From Sminthopsis crassicaudata (taxonomy: Eukaryota), in contig NC_133617.1 of the NCBI RefSeq assembly GCF_048593235.1, forward strand, positions 73,926,937-73,990,936: a DNA stretch of 64,000 nucleotides. Reading direction: 5' to 3'. Of the stretch, positions 39,740-52,269 are shown in pieces. The translations under genes were made by a program, and so were the position numbers. The notes below the pieces were generated by a model. The model did no database searches. It had not been told where the DNA came from and saw only the letters and a program-made list of their open reading frames with translations. Each line of letters opens with the position of its first letter. Positions within the stretch are counted from its first letter, which is position 1.

Positions 39740-40140
39740 AGAAATTTTTGAGGAAAAGAACAAGATTACATTATTAAAGGGCTATATCGTGAACTGCTAG
39801 AAGAGAAAACGGTGACTACTAAGAACCCACAAGTTTTTTTCTGACAGGGCTATTTGAATGGCAGATCAAAAGATGCCAACAGACTTAGCCTTAAAGAGAT
39901 TTCAAGGAAAGCATCAATAAGAGTCTTTCAAACTATCCCAGTAGACAAAACGAAGAGAAGAGATGAGGGTACAATAGGATGGAACCCAAGAATAGTTAGG
40001 AGCGTTTGATACCAAGTTGGCAGGTCTCTAGTGGAGTGCCCCAGGATCTGTGCTTGACCTTGCACAGTTTAATTAGGAGAAAGAAATAGACGAAGATGGG
40101 CTCCCCGCGTTTGCTGATGAATTACAGAGCCTGGAAGGTG
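39740..40140 (+). mobile_element. L3/CR1 RT fragment abutting the CpG island
   Basis: tctagtggagtgccccaggatctgtgcttg (SGVPQGSVL motif); tttgctgatga. Confidence 0.7.
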
Positions 40141-40508
40141 AAACTCACACGCGAGAGCCAAACGAACCCTGCCAGGCCGGGACCTCGTCCCCAGAAGGAC
40201 CCGTAACTGAAGGATGCATGCAAAGTCTCGCATTTTTGGTTACAGGATGGGAAGGGGCGGCTGAATAGCGCGAGGAAGAACTGGAGAGGTGGAAGAGGAA
40301 TCCACAGGATGAAGGGGGCCGGCGGGCGGGGACATTCGTGTCGCCACGGCCCGTGGGGTTAGGCCACAGCCGGGGGGAGCGGGCGGCAGGCGCGTCCCCC
40401 TCAGGGTTCCATCCCCGGACGTTCTCCCCACCCCGCTCTGGCGCGCCCTCCGCTCCGCAGCCAGAGGCCCTCTCACCCCCAAGGCCTCGGGGCACTGGCT
40501 GGACTCAC

Positions 40509-40640
40509 CCTTGGTTCCGGGGCGGCGCAGGAGGCGTAGACTTGGAGGCGGCTCGGCGGCAGGAGACGGTACTGCCGAACCCCAGCGCATCCGATACCCC
40601 TGCGGAGGTCGCCCTCCCCGGCCGGAAGTACTGCCCCGCT
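40509..40640 (-). other. Probable non-coding first exon of gene A (5' end approximate)
   Basis: Minus-strand donor AAGG|GTGAGT (actcac at 40503-40508) inside the CpG island. Confidence 0.6.
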
Positions 40641-40699
40641 ACCCCGCCCTCGGGAGCCGCCCAATCCGGGCCCTCTACTGGCCTCGGGCCGCTCTATCC

Positions 40700-40899
40700 T
40701 TTGGAGGAGTCACGGTCTCGGTGGCTCCCCGCGCTTGGAGCTCTTTCTCCCGGAGCAGGGGGTGGGGTAAGGCCGAGCGCCTTCCCCTGCTCGTCTTCGA
40801 GCCAGGACAAAGCGAGGCCCTACTAGGAGGACGGCATAGTTGCTTCCAAGCCAGTCTTGGGTTACGGAGGTTCCGCGCGTGTAGGCCCGCAGGCAGTGG
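40700..40899 (+). other. Probable non-coding first exon of gene B (5' end approximate)
   Basis: Plus-strand donor TGG|GTGAGT at 40900-40905 in the CpG island. Confidence 0.55.
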
Positions 40900-41474
40900 G
40901 TGAGTCTGGGCGGGCGGGGCAGGTCAAGGAGCGCCTCTGCCCACGGGGTCTCCGGGCCCTGCTCGCAGGGAGCTCCGGACTGATTGGGGTGGGGGGAGGG
41001 GGAGGAGAAAGTCTTAGGCCGGGGAGATGCTCCTTTGGGCCGAGTATTGTGAGACCTGAACACCGGGCACGGTGTGGCGGGGGTGGTAGTGGAGGGGTAG
41101 GGAGTGGGGATGAGCGAGGCTTTAGCTCTGGAGCATCTGGGAAAGCTTCGTGGAGGCTGCTCTCCCCCTGTCCGCTGTGCCTCATTCTCAGCCCTGCATT
41201 TCCCTGCCCCCCTTAGAATTCCGATCCTCCTCTGGACTTGACTGGAGCACCGCCATTCTGTAAGGGGCCTTTCCGATTCCTTCCCTTCGGCCGCCGGGGT
41301 ATACCTGTGTATGTACGTGTTGTCTCCCCCATAAAATGTGAGCTCCGTTTGCGTTCCCAGCTCCTAACACCTTACCTGGCATATAGTAGGTGCTTAATAA
41401 ATGCTTTCTGAGTGACTGTGTGGATCTTTGTTACAGATGTTCTTAAAAGCTTTTTCTTTTTTTTTTAATTTGGG

Positions 41475-41920
41475 TTTACTGGCTAGATTTCTTAATTAAG
41501 GACCGAGCCTTAAACAAAGACCACTCTGATTCTCATTGGGTTTGGGTCCTAATTGAGCAATCATTTCTTCTTTGACCAGAAACCCTTGGGTCTTCCTTTC
41601 CCAGATGTATTTAGTTATTAAGGTTGTTGTTTTTTTTTTTTTGACTAGGATAAAGAGGGAATTCTTTGCCTCTATTGCTACCTAGCTTTAGTTACTGAAT
41701 GGGTGCGGCCTCAGTCAAACTGAGACCTGAAGCTCTCTCTCACTGCGTCCAGGGCCGGGTCCAGTGGTCCTGATCTGTTGGTGACCTTTGGCCCCGATGG
41801 CTCTGGAGGGGACAGTGAGGCAGTGATCTTGCCCAGCCTCCCTCACTGACATCCCACTCACATATCATGGCAGCACCTCCCCATGCGGTGGTTCTGTTCC
41901 AGAAGGAAGGCCAGACAGCC
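41475..41920 (+). mobile_element. RTE-associated SINE
   Basis: ctcagtcaaactgagacc...gatggctctggagg. Confidence 0.65.
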
Positions 41921-42019
41921 GCCGCCTGTCTCGAGGCTCTCCCCTCATTAGTTCTGCGGTAGATGCTGCCAGAATGCCAGTAGTGGGCCAAAGCCCTAAA
42001 TGATCTAAACCTTCCTGCT

Positions 42020-42530
42020 TTCAAAAGCCTTCAGTGGCTTCCCAATATCTATAAAATCCCATCTCCTCAGCCTGGGTCTAAAGACACTCCACCATCTAGT
42101 TCCAGCTCAGGTATTCAGCCCCATTTCATATCATCCCCCCATTATGTACTTGATTACTCAAAATTCGCTGGCCATTCCCTGAATGGGCAGTCAGAATCTC
42201 CATGCGGAATGCTGGAATGCTCTCCCTTCCCACCCTGGCACTCTGGATCCTTATTTTCCTTCAAGACTTATTTCAGGGACCTTTTCTTCCTTGTTTATCC
42301 ATTTATCAGTCCATCATTTATTAAGTGCCTAGTGGTGGCTTGTCATTGTAATAAGCCAGCCCAGCTGTTAATGTTCTTTTCTTTTTCACATTGCCTTCTG
42401 TCTTATATTTATTTTTCTCCACACCTCCCCAGAAAGTAAGTTCCATGAGGGCAGAGACTTATTTTTTGTCTTTGTAATCCCAGTGCCTTGCATATTGTTT
42501 GCTCTTAATGCTTGTTAAATTAAGTTGGAC
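42020..42530 (+). mobile_element. L2 3' region
   Basis: ccttcagtggcttccc...gagggcagagact...cccagtgcc. Confidence 0.7.
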
Positions 42531-42699
42531 TTTAAGGAGTTGGTAAGAGAGGAAGAGTTCAACAGGGTTGGGAAAGAGTGGAAGCTATTTCAGGCCGAGA
42601 GGACAATATGACTATAGAAAGGAAAGAGCTCAGCTCCTGTAGATGGTAAAGTAGTTCAGGGGAGTAGGAGCATAAACTAAGTATAACAACAAAATAAAG

Positions 42700-42940
42700 G
42701 CCAGGTGACCCAGTGAAGAGAGCACTAGACTTAAGAGTCAGAAAAGATCTGCCTTCAAATCCCACCTCTGATACTTCCTACCTTTGTGGCCCTGGGCAAG
42801 CCACTTATCCTTGGCCTACCTCAGCTTCATCTTCTCTAAAATGGAGATAATAATAATAGCAATTACCTCTCAGGGTTTGTGGGATTCTCCTCCAGGATCA
42901 ATGAGAGAATATTTGTAAAGCATTTTGCAGACCTTAGTGT
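42700..42940 (+). mobile_element. MIR-type SINE
   Basis: Core ctgggcaagccactt...ctcagcttc..taaaatggagataat. Confidence 0.75.
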
Positions 42941-42963
42941 ACTTCTGTATAAAATATATAGAT

Positions 42964-42965
<2 letters not shown>

Positions 42966-43010
<45 letters not shown>
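42966..43010. repeat. (GT)22 microsatellite
   Basis: Direct reading. Confidence 0.95.
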
Positions 43011-43014
<4 letters not shown>

Positions 43015-43124
43015 CATATATATGGAGTGCTAAAGAAATGCTAGAGTGTTCTGTAAATATGTAGGTAAGTATATATAGTGCTATAGAAATGCTGGACAGG
43101 TTATTGTCACAGCAAATCCATCAT

Positions 43125-43300
43125 GGAGCCTGGAATCAGGAGAACCTGAGTTCAGATAGGATCTCAGATGTTTAGTAGCTGCGAGATCATGTTAACTGTT
43201 TTGTCTCAGTTTCCTCATCGTAAAATGAATTAGAGAAGGAAATGGCAAACCAAGAAAATCCCAAATGGGGTAGAGAAGAGCCAGATGTGACTAATCAATT
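43125..43300 (+). mobile_element. Mar1-type CORE-SINE
   Basis: RTE-like tail gagaaggaaatggcaaacc...aagaaaatcccaaatgggg. Confidence 0.75.
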
Positions 43301-43389
43301 AAACACTAAAAATAAGTGCTACTACTGTCTTTCTATCCAGGTTACTTACACCTTCTGAATCCAATTCTTAACGTGCCACAAGAAAATGG

Positions 43390-43720
43390 GATTTACACAC
43401 ATATATTGTATCTAGGTTATACTGTAATACATGTAACATGTATGGGATTGCCTGTCATCTAACGGGAGGGAGTAGAGGGAGGGAGGGGAAAATTTGGAAA
43501 AATGAATAATAATATATATAATATATTATTTATATATAATATATTATATATAAATATAATAATAAAAGAATATAAAATTACAAAAAAATCACTCATGCAT
43601 ATGTACTGTCAAAAAATTTATAATTATAAAATTAATTAAAAAAAGAATTTGCAAAGGTCAATGTTGAAAATTTATTCATTCATATGTTTTGAAAATAAAA
43701 AGCTTTAATTAAAAAAAATA
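43390..43720 (+). mobile_element. L1 3' tail with AT-rich low-complexity stretch
   Basis: gggattgcctgtcatct...aataaaaagctttaatt. Confidence 0.75.
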
Positions 43721-45017
43721 AAAATAAGTGCTAGCTACTATATAATGCTACAAGGATTGATTGAAGGATATGACCATGTTTAGGCAGAATAATAGGAGAC
43801 TTCAATGGACATTTGAAAACTAGCTTTAAGTATTTGAAGGTTCATTAAATAGAAAAGGAATTAGACTTTCTGCTTGGCACCAAAGGGTGAAACAAAGGAT
43901 CCATGGGAAAAAATTAGGGAGAAGCAGATTTATTTAGTTTTATGTAAAAGGAAAAACTCTATGTTTTAAACTATCCAAAATTGGAAAGGGCTGCTGGGAA
44001 ATGGTGCGTTCTTTGGAAGTGTTCATACTCTATTTGTTGGATGTCTGATAAAGGGAATTTTTTGTGGTTCAGGCATGGAAACTAGATCATCAAACTAGAT
44101 GATCTCTAAAGGCCCTGTAAACTAAAAATTCTATATTTAACAGGAGTTAAGTGAAACCAGGATTGGCAATATGGCTTCACTGGTCAATAAACTAGTTTTT
44201 ATTAAGTACCTACTATATATTCCTGACATTATATTAAGTTCTTGGGATACAAAGATACAAATAAAATAACTCTTGCCTTCATGGAGATTCCATTCTATTG
44301 GAGAGAAGAAAGACAGTATGTATGTAGTCATCATTATCATAATAGTTAACAATTACATGATACTTTTATTTTTTAATAGATTTTGAAATCTTTTGTTTTT
44401 ATATGGCCTACTATTTTCCCCTGAATTTTTCTTTCCTCTCAGAACAATCCCTAATAACAGAATTTTTAAAAGAAAAGGAACAGAAAAAAAAAATTATCCA
44501 AATTGATCAAGGAGGAAAAAAATCTGACTTTATATGGATTGTTTCTCACTTATGGACCCCCAACTTCTCTAAATGAGTGGGGAAGGAGGTATATTCGTAT
44601 ATCTCTTCTTTGAGGTCAGATTTGTCTTTGCAACTTTACAATATTAATTTTGTTTCAAAAAGTAAATTTTTGGGGGTAATTTTGTTATTATTTCACCTAA
44701 ATTTCCTATCCTAATTTCCCCAGAAGCTATTTTATATAACAATTTTTTTTTTTTTAACAAAGAAAAACAGGAAGACACAAATCAGCAAACTCAAATCAAT
44801 ACATTGAAAAAATATCTGGCAATATATTGTTTTCTCACCTGTGGACTCTATCTCTGCAAAGGAGCAGGAAGAGGTAAAGAGGTGTCTTCACTTATCTCTT
44901 CCTCTGGCCAGACTTGTTCTTTGTAATTTTGCAACATTCATTTACTATTATTTTGTATTTCATTTTCATTTACATTGTTGCAGTCATGTCTATTGTTTTT
45001 GTGGCTCTGCTTTTATT

Positions 45018-45162
45018 TATTTATTTTTTTCCTGAGGCTAGGGTTAAGTGACTTGCCCAGGGTCACACAGCTAGGAAGTGTTAAGTGTCTAAGACTAGAT
45101 TTGAACTGGGTCCTCCTGAATTCAGGGCTGGTGCTCTATCCATTGCACCATCTAGCTGCCCC
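45018..45162 (-). mobile_element. WSINE1-type SINE
   Basis: 13-bp TSD ctctgcttttatt. Confidence 0.93.
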
Positions 45163-45334
45163 CTCTGCTTTTATTTTGGACCAATTCATGGCAGTCTCTG
45201 ATTTTTTGTATTCATGCTACTTTTTATTTTTTGACAGCACAGTAATAATTTCATTCAGTTCACATATTATAATTTGTTTTCACATTCCTCAATTAGTGGG
45301 CCTCTACTTTGTTTTCAATTCTTTGCTGACACAA

Positions 45335-46010
45335 AAAGCGTTGTAAATAGCACTTTAAGATTGCAGATTGCTTTATATCTTTTATCTCATTTAATCTTAA
45401 CAACAGACCTATAAAGTAGGTGCTGTTATTATCTTCATTTGACCTGTAGGAAAACTGAGAGAGCTTAAGTGTCTTGTCCATGGTCACATAGCTAGTAAGT
45501 GTTTGAGGGGATTTTGAACCTAGATTTTCCTGACACCCATGTCCAGTTATCTAACCACTAAAACCACCCTGCTTTCCTATTCTTGCACCTGTACAAAATA
45601 AGTATAATTTAACTTATTAAATTATAAGGGTAGGTCCTGATAGCTGGAAGTGCCAGAAAATACCTCAATTAAGGAGCAGGGTTTGAGTTTAGCCCTGAAG
45701 AAAGCTAAGGATTCTAAGAGCAAAGGTGAGAAGGGAGAATATTCCAAGCATGGAGGCATGAAGATGGGAGATGGAGAGTTATGAATGAGGAACAGCAAAA
45801 AGGCCAGTTTTATTGGACCTTAGCATGTGTAAAAGGAAGTAATTATTCAGTAAGGGAGTAAAGGCCAGACTGTAAAAGATTTTAAATGCCAAGCAGAAGA
45901 GTTCATATTTGATTCTAGAGCTAATAATGAACTGGTGTTCACGGAGCAGGGAAGTCACAGCCAAATCTGTGTCTTAGGAATATTATTTTGATAACTGTCT
46001 GGATTTGGGA
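45335..46010 (-). mobile_element. MIR followed by L2 fragment
   Basis: ctcatttaatcttaacaac...; gccagactgtaaaag..tttaaatgccaag. Confidence 0.65.
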
Positions 46011-48759
46011 GTGGTCTGCACAGAGATAAAAATTGAATAAAAAAATGATTTAGGGTTTGTAAAATGCTTTACATACATTAGCTCATATAATACCAGTCAT
46101 AATGTGGTGTGGTGATTAACTATAAGTATTATCCCCATTTTATAAATGAAAAAAAACTTGCTGGAATATAAATAACTTTGATGATCCTCTGATAATATTA
46201 AGTGAGACTTAAACTGGGGGAATATTTCCTTGTTAAAGGGGTTTGCCGTGGTGATAGATGTCCAGCCCCAATATTTATTACAAGGTTTTGTTGTTGTTGT
46301 TGTTCTCCCAATAGCTTGTTAATTGAAAAAAAAAATTTGAATAAAAAAAAATATCTAGCTCAGCATCCAATTGAAAGAAAGATTCTCAATAGATAGTGAG
46401 ATCCATTTATATATTTTTTTGGTCAGATTTAACTTTAGGGCTGGTGGTCTATCCACTACATCCAGTTAGCTGCCCTACCATCTATATTTCTTATAGAACA
46501 TATCAATACCCAGACTATTATACAGAGCCACCTAAATTAGATTCACAATCAAAAGATATTGGCTTAATTATCCACATTTGAAAAAAAAAATTGAGTAAAG
46601 AAGGCCTATTGTACAGATTGTGATACACAATTAGATGAATAATGTATAGAATGGTCCTTCAATACATACATGGTGAATAGATATGGCCAATAGAATTTAA
46701 TTGGAGGAGGAGAGCAGCCCAGATTCCCTTTTGGAAATTGTATAGTACTTTTACATGATCTCAAGATTTATTCAGTCATTCATTAAGCCATTTATTAAAT
46801 GTCTACTATGTATTTTGTTAAGTGCCTGAAAGGCAAAAGATAGTCTTTGCCTTTGATTAAGGTTCTTCATGAAACATTTCTATAAGTTCAGTGTACTTCT
46901 AGTAAAAATTGCAAGTCACAGAATTTTATAGTTTTTGAATAATTAAAGTGGATCACTACCCAAACATCATTGGAAAGGTTAACGGTAGGGATGAGCAAGG
47001 AGCAATCTGTACCAACACAGAATCAGGCAAAAGGAGTGGCATTAGGCATATCTATAGATATGACTGGAAAAAGAGTGAATTGGCCAAAGGGTGAAAAGCA
47101 ATGGAGTGCTTGCAAATTCCCATTGTTTACCTATACAGGGTCTGGGAGATCCAAGGACGTGAAATGTTTTCTTTGCATGTTAAGTAAAATATTATAGTGG
47201 AGGATTTTATAGAAGGATATGCATGAGATTTTACACAGATGAAAAAGGCATGGATGGGATTTGTAAATCTGTACCTCTTGAAACAATTACTTACTTTGAG
47301 GAGGTCATAAATCCATGGAAATAAGTCTAGAATTTCAGGGACTTATATGGGATAAACACAGGGATTAACTATCAGAATCAGAAATGCAAAAATGAGATTT
47401 TCTCCTTCCTGATACTCAGTCTAGCCAATTTTCCCACTATATATCATACTGTCATGGGAATGAATGAAATTGTCAGGGAGAAAGAATGAAGAATAATAAT
47501 AAAATAATACCTGACATTTACATAATAGTTTAAGATTTGCAAAGAAAATTTATATTTATCTTTTTTGAGCTTCGCAATAAAATCTAAAGCAATTTATTAT
47601 TAGCCCCCATTTTTACAATTGAGAAAACTGAGTCTAAAAGTGGTAAAATGATTTGTCTGGGATCACATAGTAATGGCCTACGTTGAGTTTTGAACTCAAA
47701 CTAAAAATAGAGTCTTTTTCGATGTCCATTTTAAAAGGCTGGGAAGAGTACAGATAGCATGAGTCATTAGAAAAGTAGGAGGAGATTAATATGGTGTCTA
47801 GCCCATGAAGGAAAGAAAATTTCCAGTAGGTGGAAATGACCAATTGTATCATAAACAGCAGAGTTCAAAGAAAGATGAGTGAAAAAAAAAAAAGATAATT
47901 GGATTTTTGTGATATATTGTTGACCTCTGAGAGAGTGGTTTTCAATGAAGAAATGGTACTCAAAGCCAGATTGCAGGGATTGAAGAGGCATTGGGTACAA
48001 AGAAAATGTTTTTATTAGATGCTTCCTTTTTAAAATGATTTAGAAATGAAGGATAGAAAATTCCATCTAACTATGGAATGGAAAGGTTGAAGGAAAGAAT
48101 TTTTCCTAGGATTCCAGAGACATGACCATATTACAAGGCAGATAGAAAGGGATATAAGACAATGATCCTGTGGAGTAGAATGCATGAGAGAAGGGATAAT
48201 TATTAGAATAAGGAGGAGATAGAGAATGGAGAGAGGAGTTTTATATGTTTGAAAAATGGAGGCTTGGGAGTGGGGAATGGGGAAGAGAAAAGGAAAACTT
48301 TGGAGTCATTTGGGGAAATGAAATAAAAAATTATTGCCTACACTAGCATTTCACAAACTCTTTTTTAATTGGAAACCTGAGATTCTCCAATGTAGGGTTC
48401 TGTGAAGCAAAGTGTCTTGATGGACAGCAAACCTATCCATTTTACTTTAGTTGGTGGTGATATATATTTCAGTTAAGTGAATATTAGAGATTGGTCGAAA
48501 ATTGATCATGTTTACTAATGGGCTCGATTGTTAGTTTTGTCAGCCAAGTGCATTAAAAAATAACTAATCTATATTTAGTTAGGATTTTTCTTTTGTAGCA
48601 GGGTTCAGTGTGGGCAATTTGGTAAAACTAGAAAGTCTGAATAAAGAGTTAGGAAAAACTAAATAACAGTCAAGAGTTTGAAAACAAAAAGTGTTTGCTA
48701 ATGAAATAAATGTAAAAAAATCTATTCCCAAATACAAAATAAATGAAACTAATATAATA

Positions 48760-48985
48760 TTGTTGTTCAGTTTGCCTGACTCTTTGTGACTCCCAAGTCC
48801 CTGGGATTTTTCTTGGCAAAGATATTGAAATGGTTTGCCATTTCCTTCTCCAGTGTATCCACATTTTCCAGATGAGTAATTGAAGCAGTTAGGGGTTAAA
48901 TGACTTAACCAGAATCACACAATTAGTAAGTGTCAGAGGCTGTATTTGAAACGAGATGTTTTCTGATTTCCAAGTCTACTGGCAA
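48760..48985 (-). mobile_element. Mar1-type CORE-SINE
   Basis: ttcttggcaaagatattgaaatggtttgccatttccttctcc. Confidence 0.8.
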
Positions 48986-49209
48986 TTTCCACTTCTTTCT
49001 TTTGGTTCTGCTAATTCTGCATCACTTCATTGCAAATCCTCCCATGTTTCTTTGAATTCCTCATCTTTGTCATTTCTTATAGCTCAGTAATATTCCATTC
49101 TCCAGTCACCAAGTACATGCCTTTTTTTTAGTTTTTTGCAGGATGAAGACTGAGAAAAGAATATTGTTAATTGAGAGATCATTGATAACTTTGGAAGGAG
49201 GAGCATCAG

Positions 49210-49730
49210 TTTAATTATGATATTAGAACTTCACTTAATATTTTTTATTTTTTCCCAATTATGTGTAAAGATAGTTTTTCAGCCTTCTTTTTTTTGTAAG
49301 ATTTTGAGTTGTAAAATTTTTTCCCCCATCTCCCTTCTCTCCTTCCTCTTCTACAGCAAAACAATCTGATATAGATTACATATGTACAATCATTTTAAAC
49401 ATATTTCCTTATTAGTTTGTTGTGAAAGAAAAATCAGAACAAAAGGAAAAAAGCCACAAGAAAGAAAAAAAAAAACAAAAAAAGGTAAAAAATCATAATG
49501 TTTTGATCTACATCCAGTTTTCCATAGTTTCTTTTCTCTGGATGTAGATGGCATTTTTCCATCCCAAGACTATTGGAATTGTCTTGAATCATTGTATTGC
49601 TGAGAAGAGCTAAATCTGTCAAAGGTGATCACCGGATGATGTTTACTGTTTACTGTGTACGGTTTTTTCTCTTATTTTCTACTTCACTTAGCATCAGTTC
49701 ATGTAAGTCTTCCTAGGCTTTCTGAAATCA
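49210..49730 (-). mobile_element. L1 3' end
   Basis: cacttagcatcagttcatgtaagtc. Confidence 0.8.
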
Positions 49731-49809
49731 GCCTGATTATATAATATGTTCTTATGAATGTATAGTTGGTCATTATCACTTTTAATCACCATTTGTATTT
49801 TTTTCCCCC

Positions 49810-50900
49810 AGAGTTAATATCAAAAATTAGCAACTTCTCCCAAGTTTATAATCTTGGCTTTTTCTTAGATTCACTCTCCCTCTTCCTTGTATCCAATCAG
49901 TGACCAAATCTTGTTTTTTTCTATCTTTAAACATCTTTTCAATCTGACTCTTTGAATAATTTTTCATATATTTGATTCCATTCTCTCCTTTGAACTCCAG
50001 AATCACCTTATCAATTTCTTATTGGACATTTCAAACTGAATATCCTAGAGAAATCTTAGACTTAAGAATGTCTAAAACTGAACTCAATATCTTTCCCCAA
50101 AAAATCTTCCCTTTTGAAAACTTCTCTGTTTTCAGTCAAAGGGCACTACCATCCTTCTAGTGTTTTCAGATTATTATCCTCAAACTCCTTACTCTTTCTT
50201 ATCTTTACATATGCAGTCAGTTTGACAAAATCTTACTCTTTTCTGCCTTCACAATGTCTCTCACATCTGACCCATTCTTTCCTTACACATTTTCTTAATC
50301 CAGTTTTTTATTACTTCTCACTTAGATTACTTCAGTTGGTCTCTTTGCCTCTAATCTGTCACCACTCCATTCCATCCTACACACTGCTACCAAAGTAATT
50401 TTCCTTATGCACAAACATTCCATTTTCTATTCCAGTGTCTTGGTTCTGGTCTTTTCCCATGATTCAAATGAAGTACCTCATTATCTCTGCCTCTTAGGGA
50501 TCATCTTTTCCTTTAAATAGAGTTTCTACTTGAATTCTTGCTTATTCTCCTGACAATGCCCTTCCTTCTCCTTATTTAACTACTTTGTATATATTTGTAT
50601 TTATACTATATAAGTGTACAAGCATGAATCTATTTGTTATCTCCTTTATAATGTAAGGTCCTTGTGAGTAGGAATGATTTCATTCTTTGTTTTCTTTATT
50701 TTTTTTTCTTGAGAGGCAATTGGGGTTAAGTGACTTGCCCAGGGTAATGCAATTAGTAAGTTAAGTGTCTGAGGGTGGATATGAACTCAGATTCTTCTGA
50801 TTCTAGGGCTGGTTCTCTGTCACCTGTACTATTTAGCTGCTCCTATTCTTTGTTTTTGTATTTTCTATTGCCTGACACACAGCAGATGCTTAATAAATAA
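49810..50900 (+). mobile_element. L2 3' region
   Basis: aaaactgaactcaatatctttcccc...taataaat. Confidence 0.75.
50694..50843 (-). mobile_element. WSINE1-type SINE in L2
   Basis: TSD attctttgtttt. Confidence 0.88.
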
Positions 50901-50911
50901 TAGATCAGCTG

Positions 50912-51039
50912 NNNNNNNNNNNNNNNNNNNNNNNNNNNNNNNNNNNNNNNNNNNNNNNNNNNNNNNNNNNNNNNNNNNNNNNNNNNNNNNNNNNNNNNNN
51001 NNNNNNNNNNNNNNNNNNNNNNNNNNNNNNNNNNNNNNN
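50912..51039. other. Assembly gap (128 N)
   Basis: Direct reading. Confidence 1.
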
Positions 51040-51435
51040 ATCTCTGGCTTAGCTTTCAGATCTCTGTTTCACTTTGTTTATTATCCTATACCCCACTTAT
51101 GTGGTGCTTTAAGGTTTATAAAACACTTTATGTACATTATCTCATTTGGTTCTCCTGAAGAAAATATATTTAATCTTTATATAGGACAACCCTTCAAAAA
51201 CTTATTAATAACTACTGGCAAGTTATGTAGTGAGTATCAGCCTCACAACAACCTATAGATATTTTCATCCATAGATAGATATTACATTTTATTGAAAGAC
51301 TACCATCAAGATCCCCTTTAAAGCATCTTTTCTCTAGGCTAAATATTCCCAGTTCTTTCAAACAAATGAATAATTCATATTCTCATAATATCATTTTCCT
51401 CCTCTTATTTCATCTTCCCTCAGTCTCTCCTCATC

Positions 51436-51540
51436 TATACTGAATAAACATGGATTTAGTTTTTTTTCAGGTTTTTCATACACTAATACATGTGTATGAA
51501 AAACCTGAAAAAAAAACTAAATCCATGTTTATTCAGTATA
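51436..51540. repeat. Near-perfect inverted repeat (48/49-bp arms, 8-nt loop)
   Basis: Arms 51436-51483 and 51492-51540 differ only by T8 versus A9. Confidence 0.95.
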
Positions 51541-51906
51541 TAGAAGACCTGGGAAAATTGTGAAAGGATATAACGATTGAAAGTATTAATTCTATTCCTT
51601 GTTCCTCTTTGGGGGTGAGGATTTTAAATTCCTATCCCCTTCTAAAGTCTATTTTATCTCTTGATTTCCTCTTGAGAAAGGAGCTTATATTAATATCTAT
51701 AGACCCTTTATATTCGAGAAATATATAAACACTCATGTCAGTAATAGAATGTTCTCTCTTATCTTTTATAGTCTCACACATACTTCAAAACCCAAAGTAC
51801 TTTTTTATTTCTCCCCTACCAAAGAGTGGAAGTTCTTCCCTTTTCCAACCAAGCCTCCATGAGTTGGAATGTCACTGTGACTATAGTTGAAATTTTTCCC
51901 CTCTAG

Positions 51907-52032
51907 ATCTTGGTGAACCCCCAGATGTGGCTATAAATCTTACACAGGAAGAATGGGTTCTTCTTGACCCTGCTTAGAGAGGACTCTGCAGGAATGTAAT
52001 ACTGGAGAAATATAGGAACATGATCTGGCTGG
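51907..52032 (+). pseudogene. Gene B KRAB-A exon, disabled
   Basis: 126 nt (1-nt deletion near aacccccagat); [35 protein letters not shown] with TAG at 51975-51977; splice sites ctctAG and G|GTAAG still present. Confidence 0.92.
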
Positions 52033-52269
52033 GTAAGCCCTCTCTTGAGAAACTCAGATCTGAATATCTTGGTGTTCATCTGATCTAGTGAATCAAAAAG
52101 GTATCTGAAAAACTGAGATGGGTTTGCAGTCAGTTCAAGTATCAACAATTCTTAATCCCATCTAGGTTGAGGCAATCAGTAATCACCGTGAGATAATAAT
52201 AAATAGAAAAGTTCCTTGCAGTAGTCTTGTGAGTTTGGTTGTAATATTAGCTCAGTTTTATAGATGAAG

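Larger units (their letters stand above)
40100..41320. promoter_or_regulatory. CpG island; bidirectional promoter of genes A and B
   Basis: Dense CpG; ETS/GABP CCGGAAGT 40622-40629, GC box 40642-40649, CCAAT 40661-40665, ATTGG 40983-40987; divergent GTGAGT donors at 40508 (-) and 40900 (+). Confidence 0.85.

Noticed and set aside
40145-41382. Overlapping ORFs in CpG island 2
   Set aside because: Same GC-content artefact.
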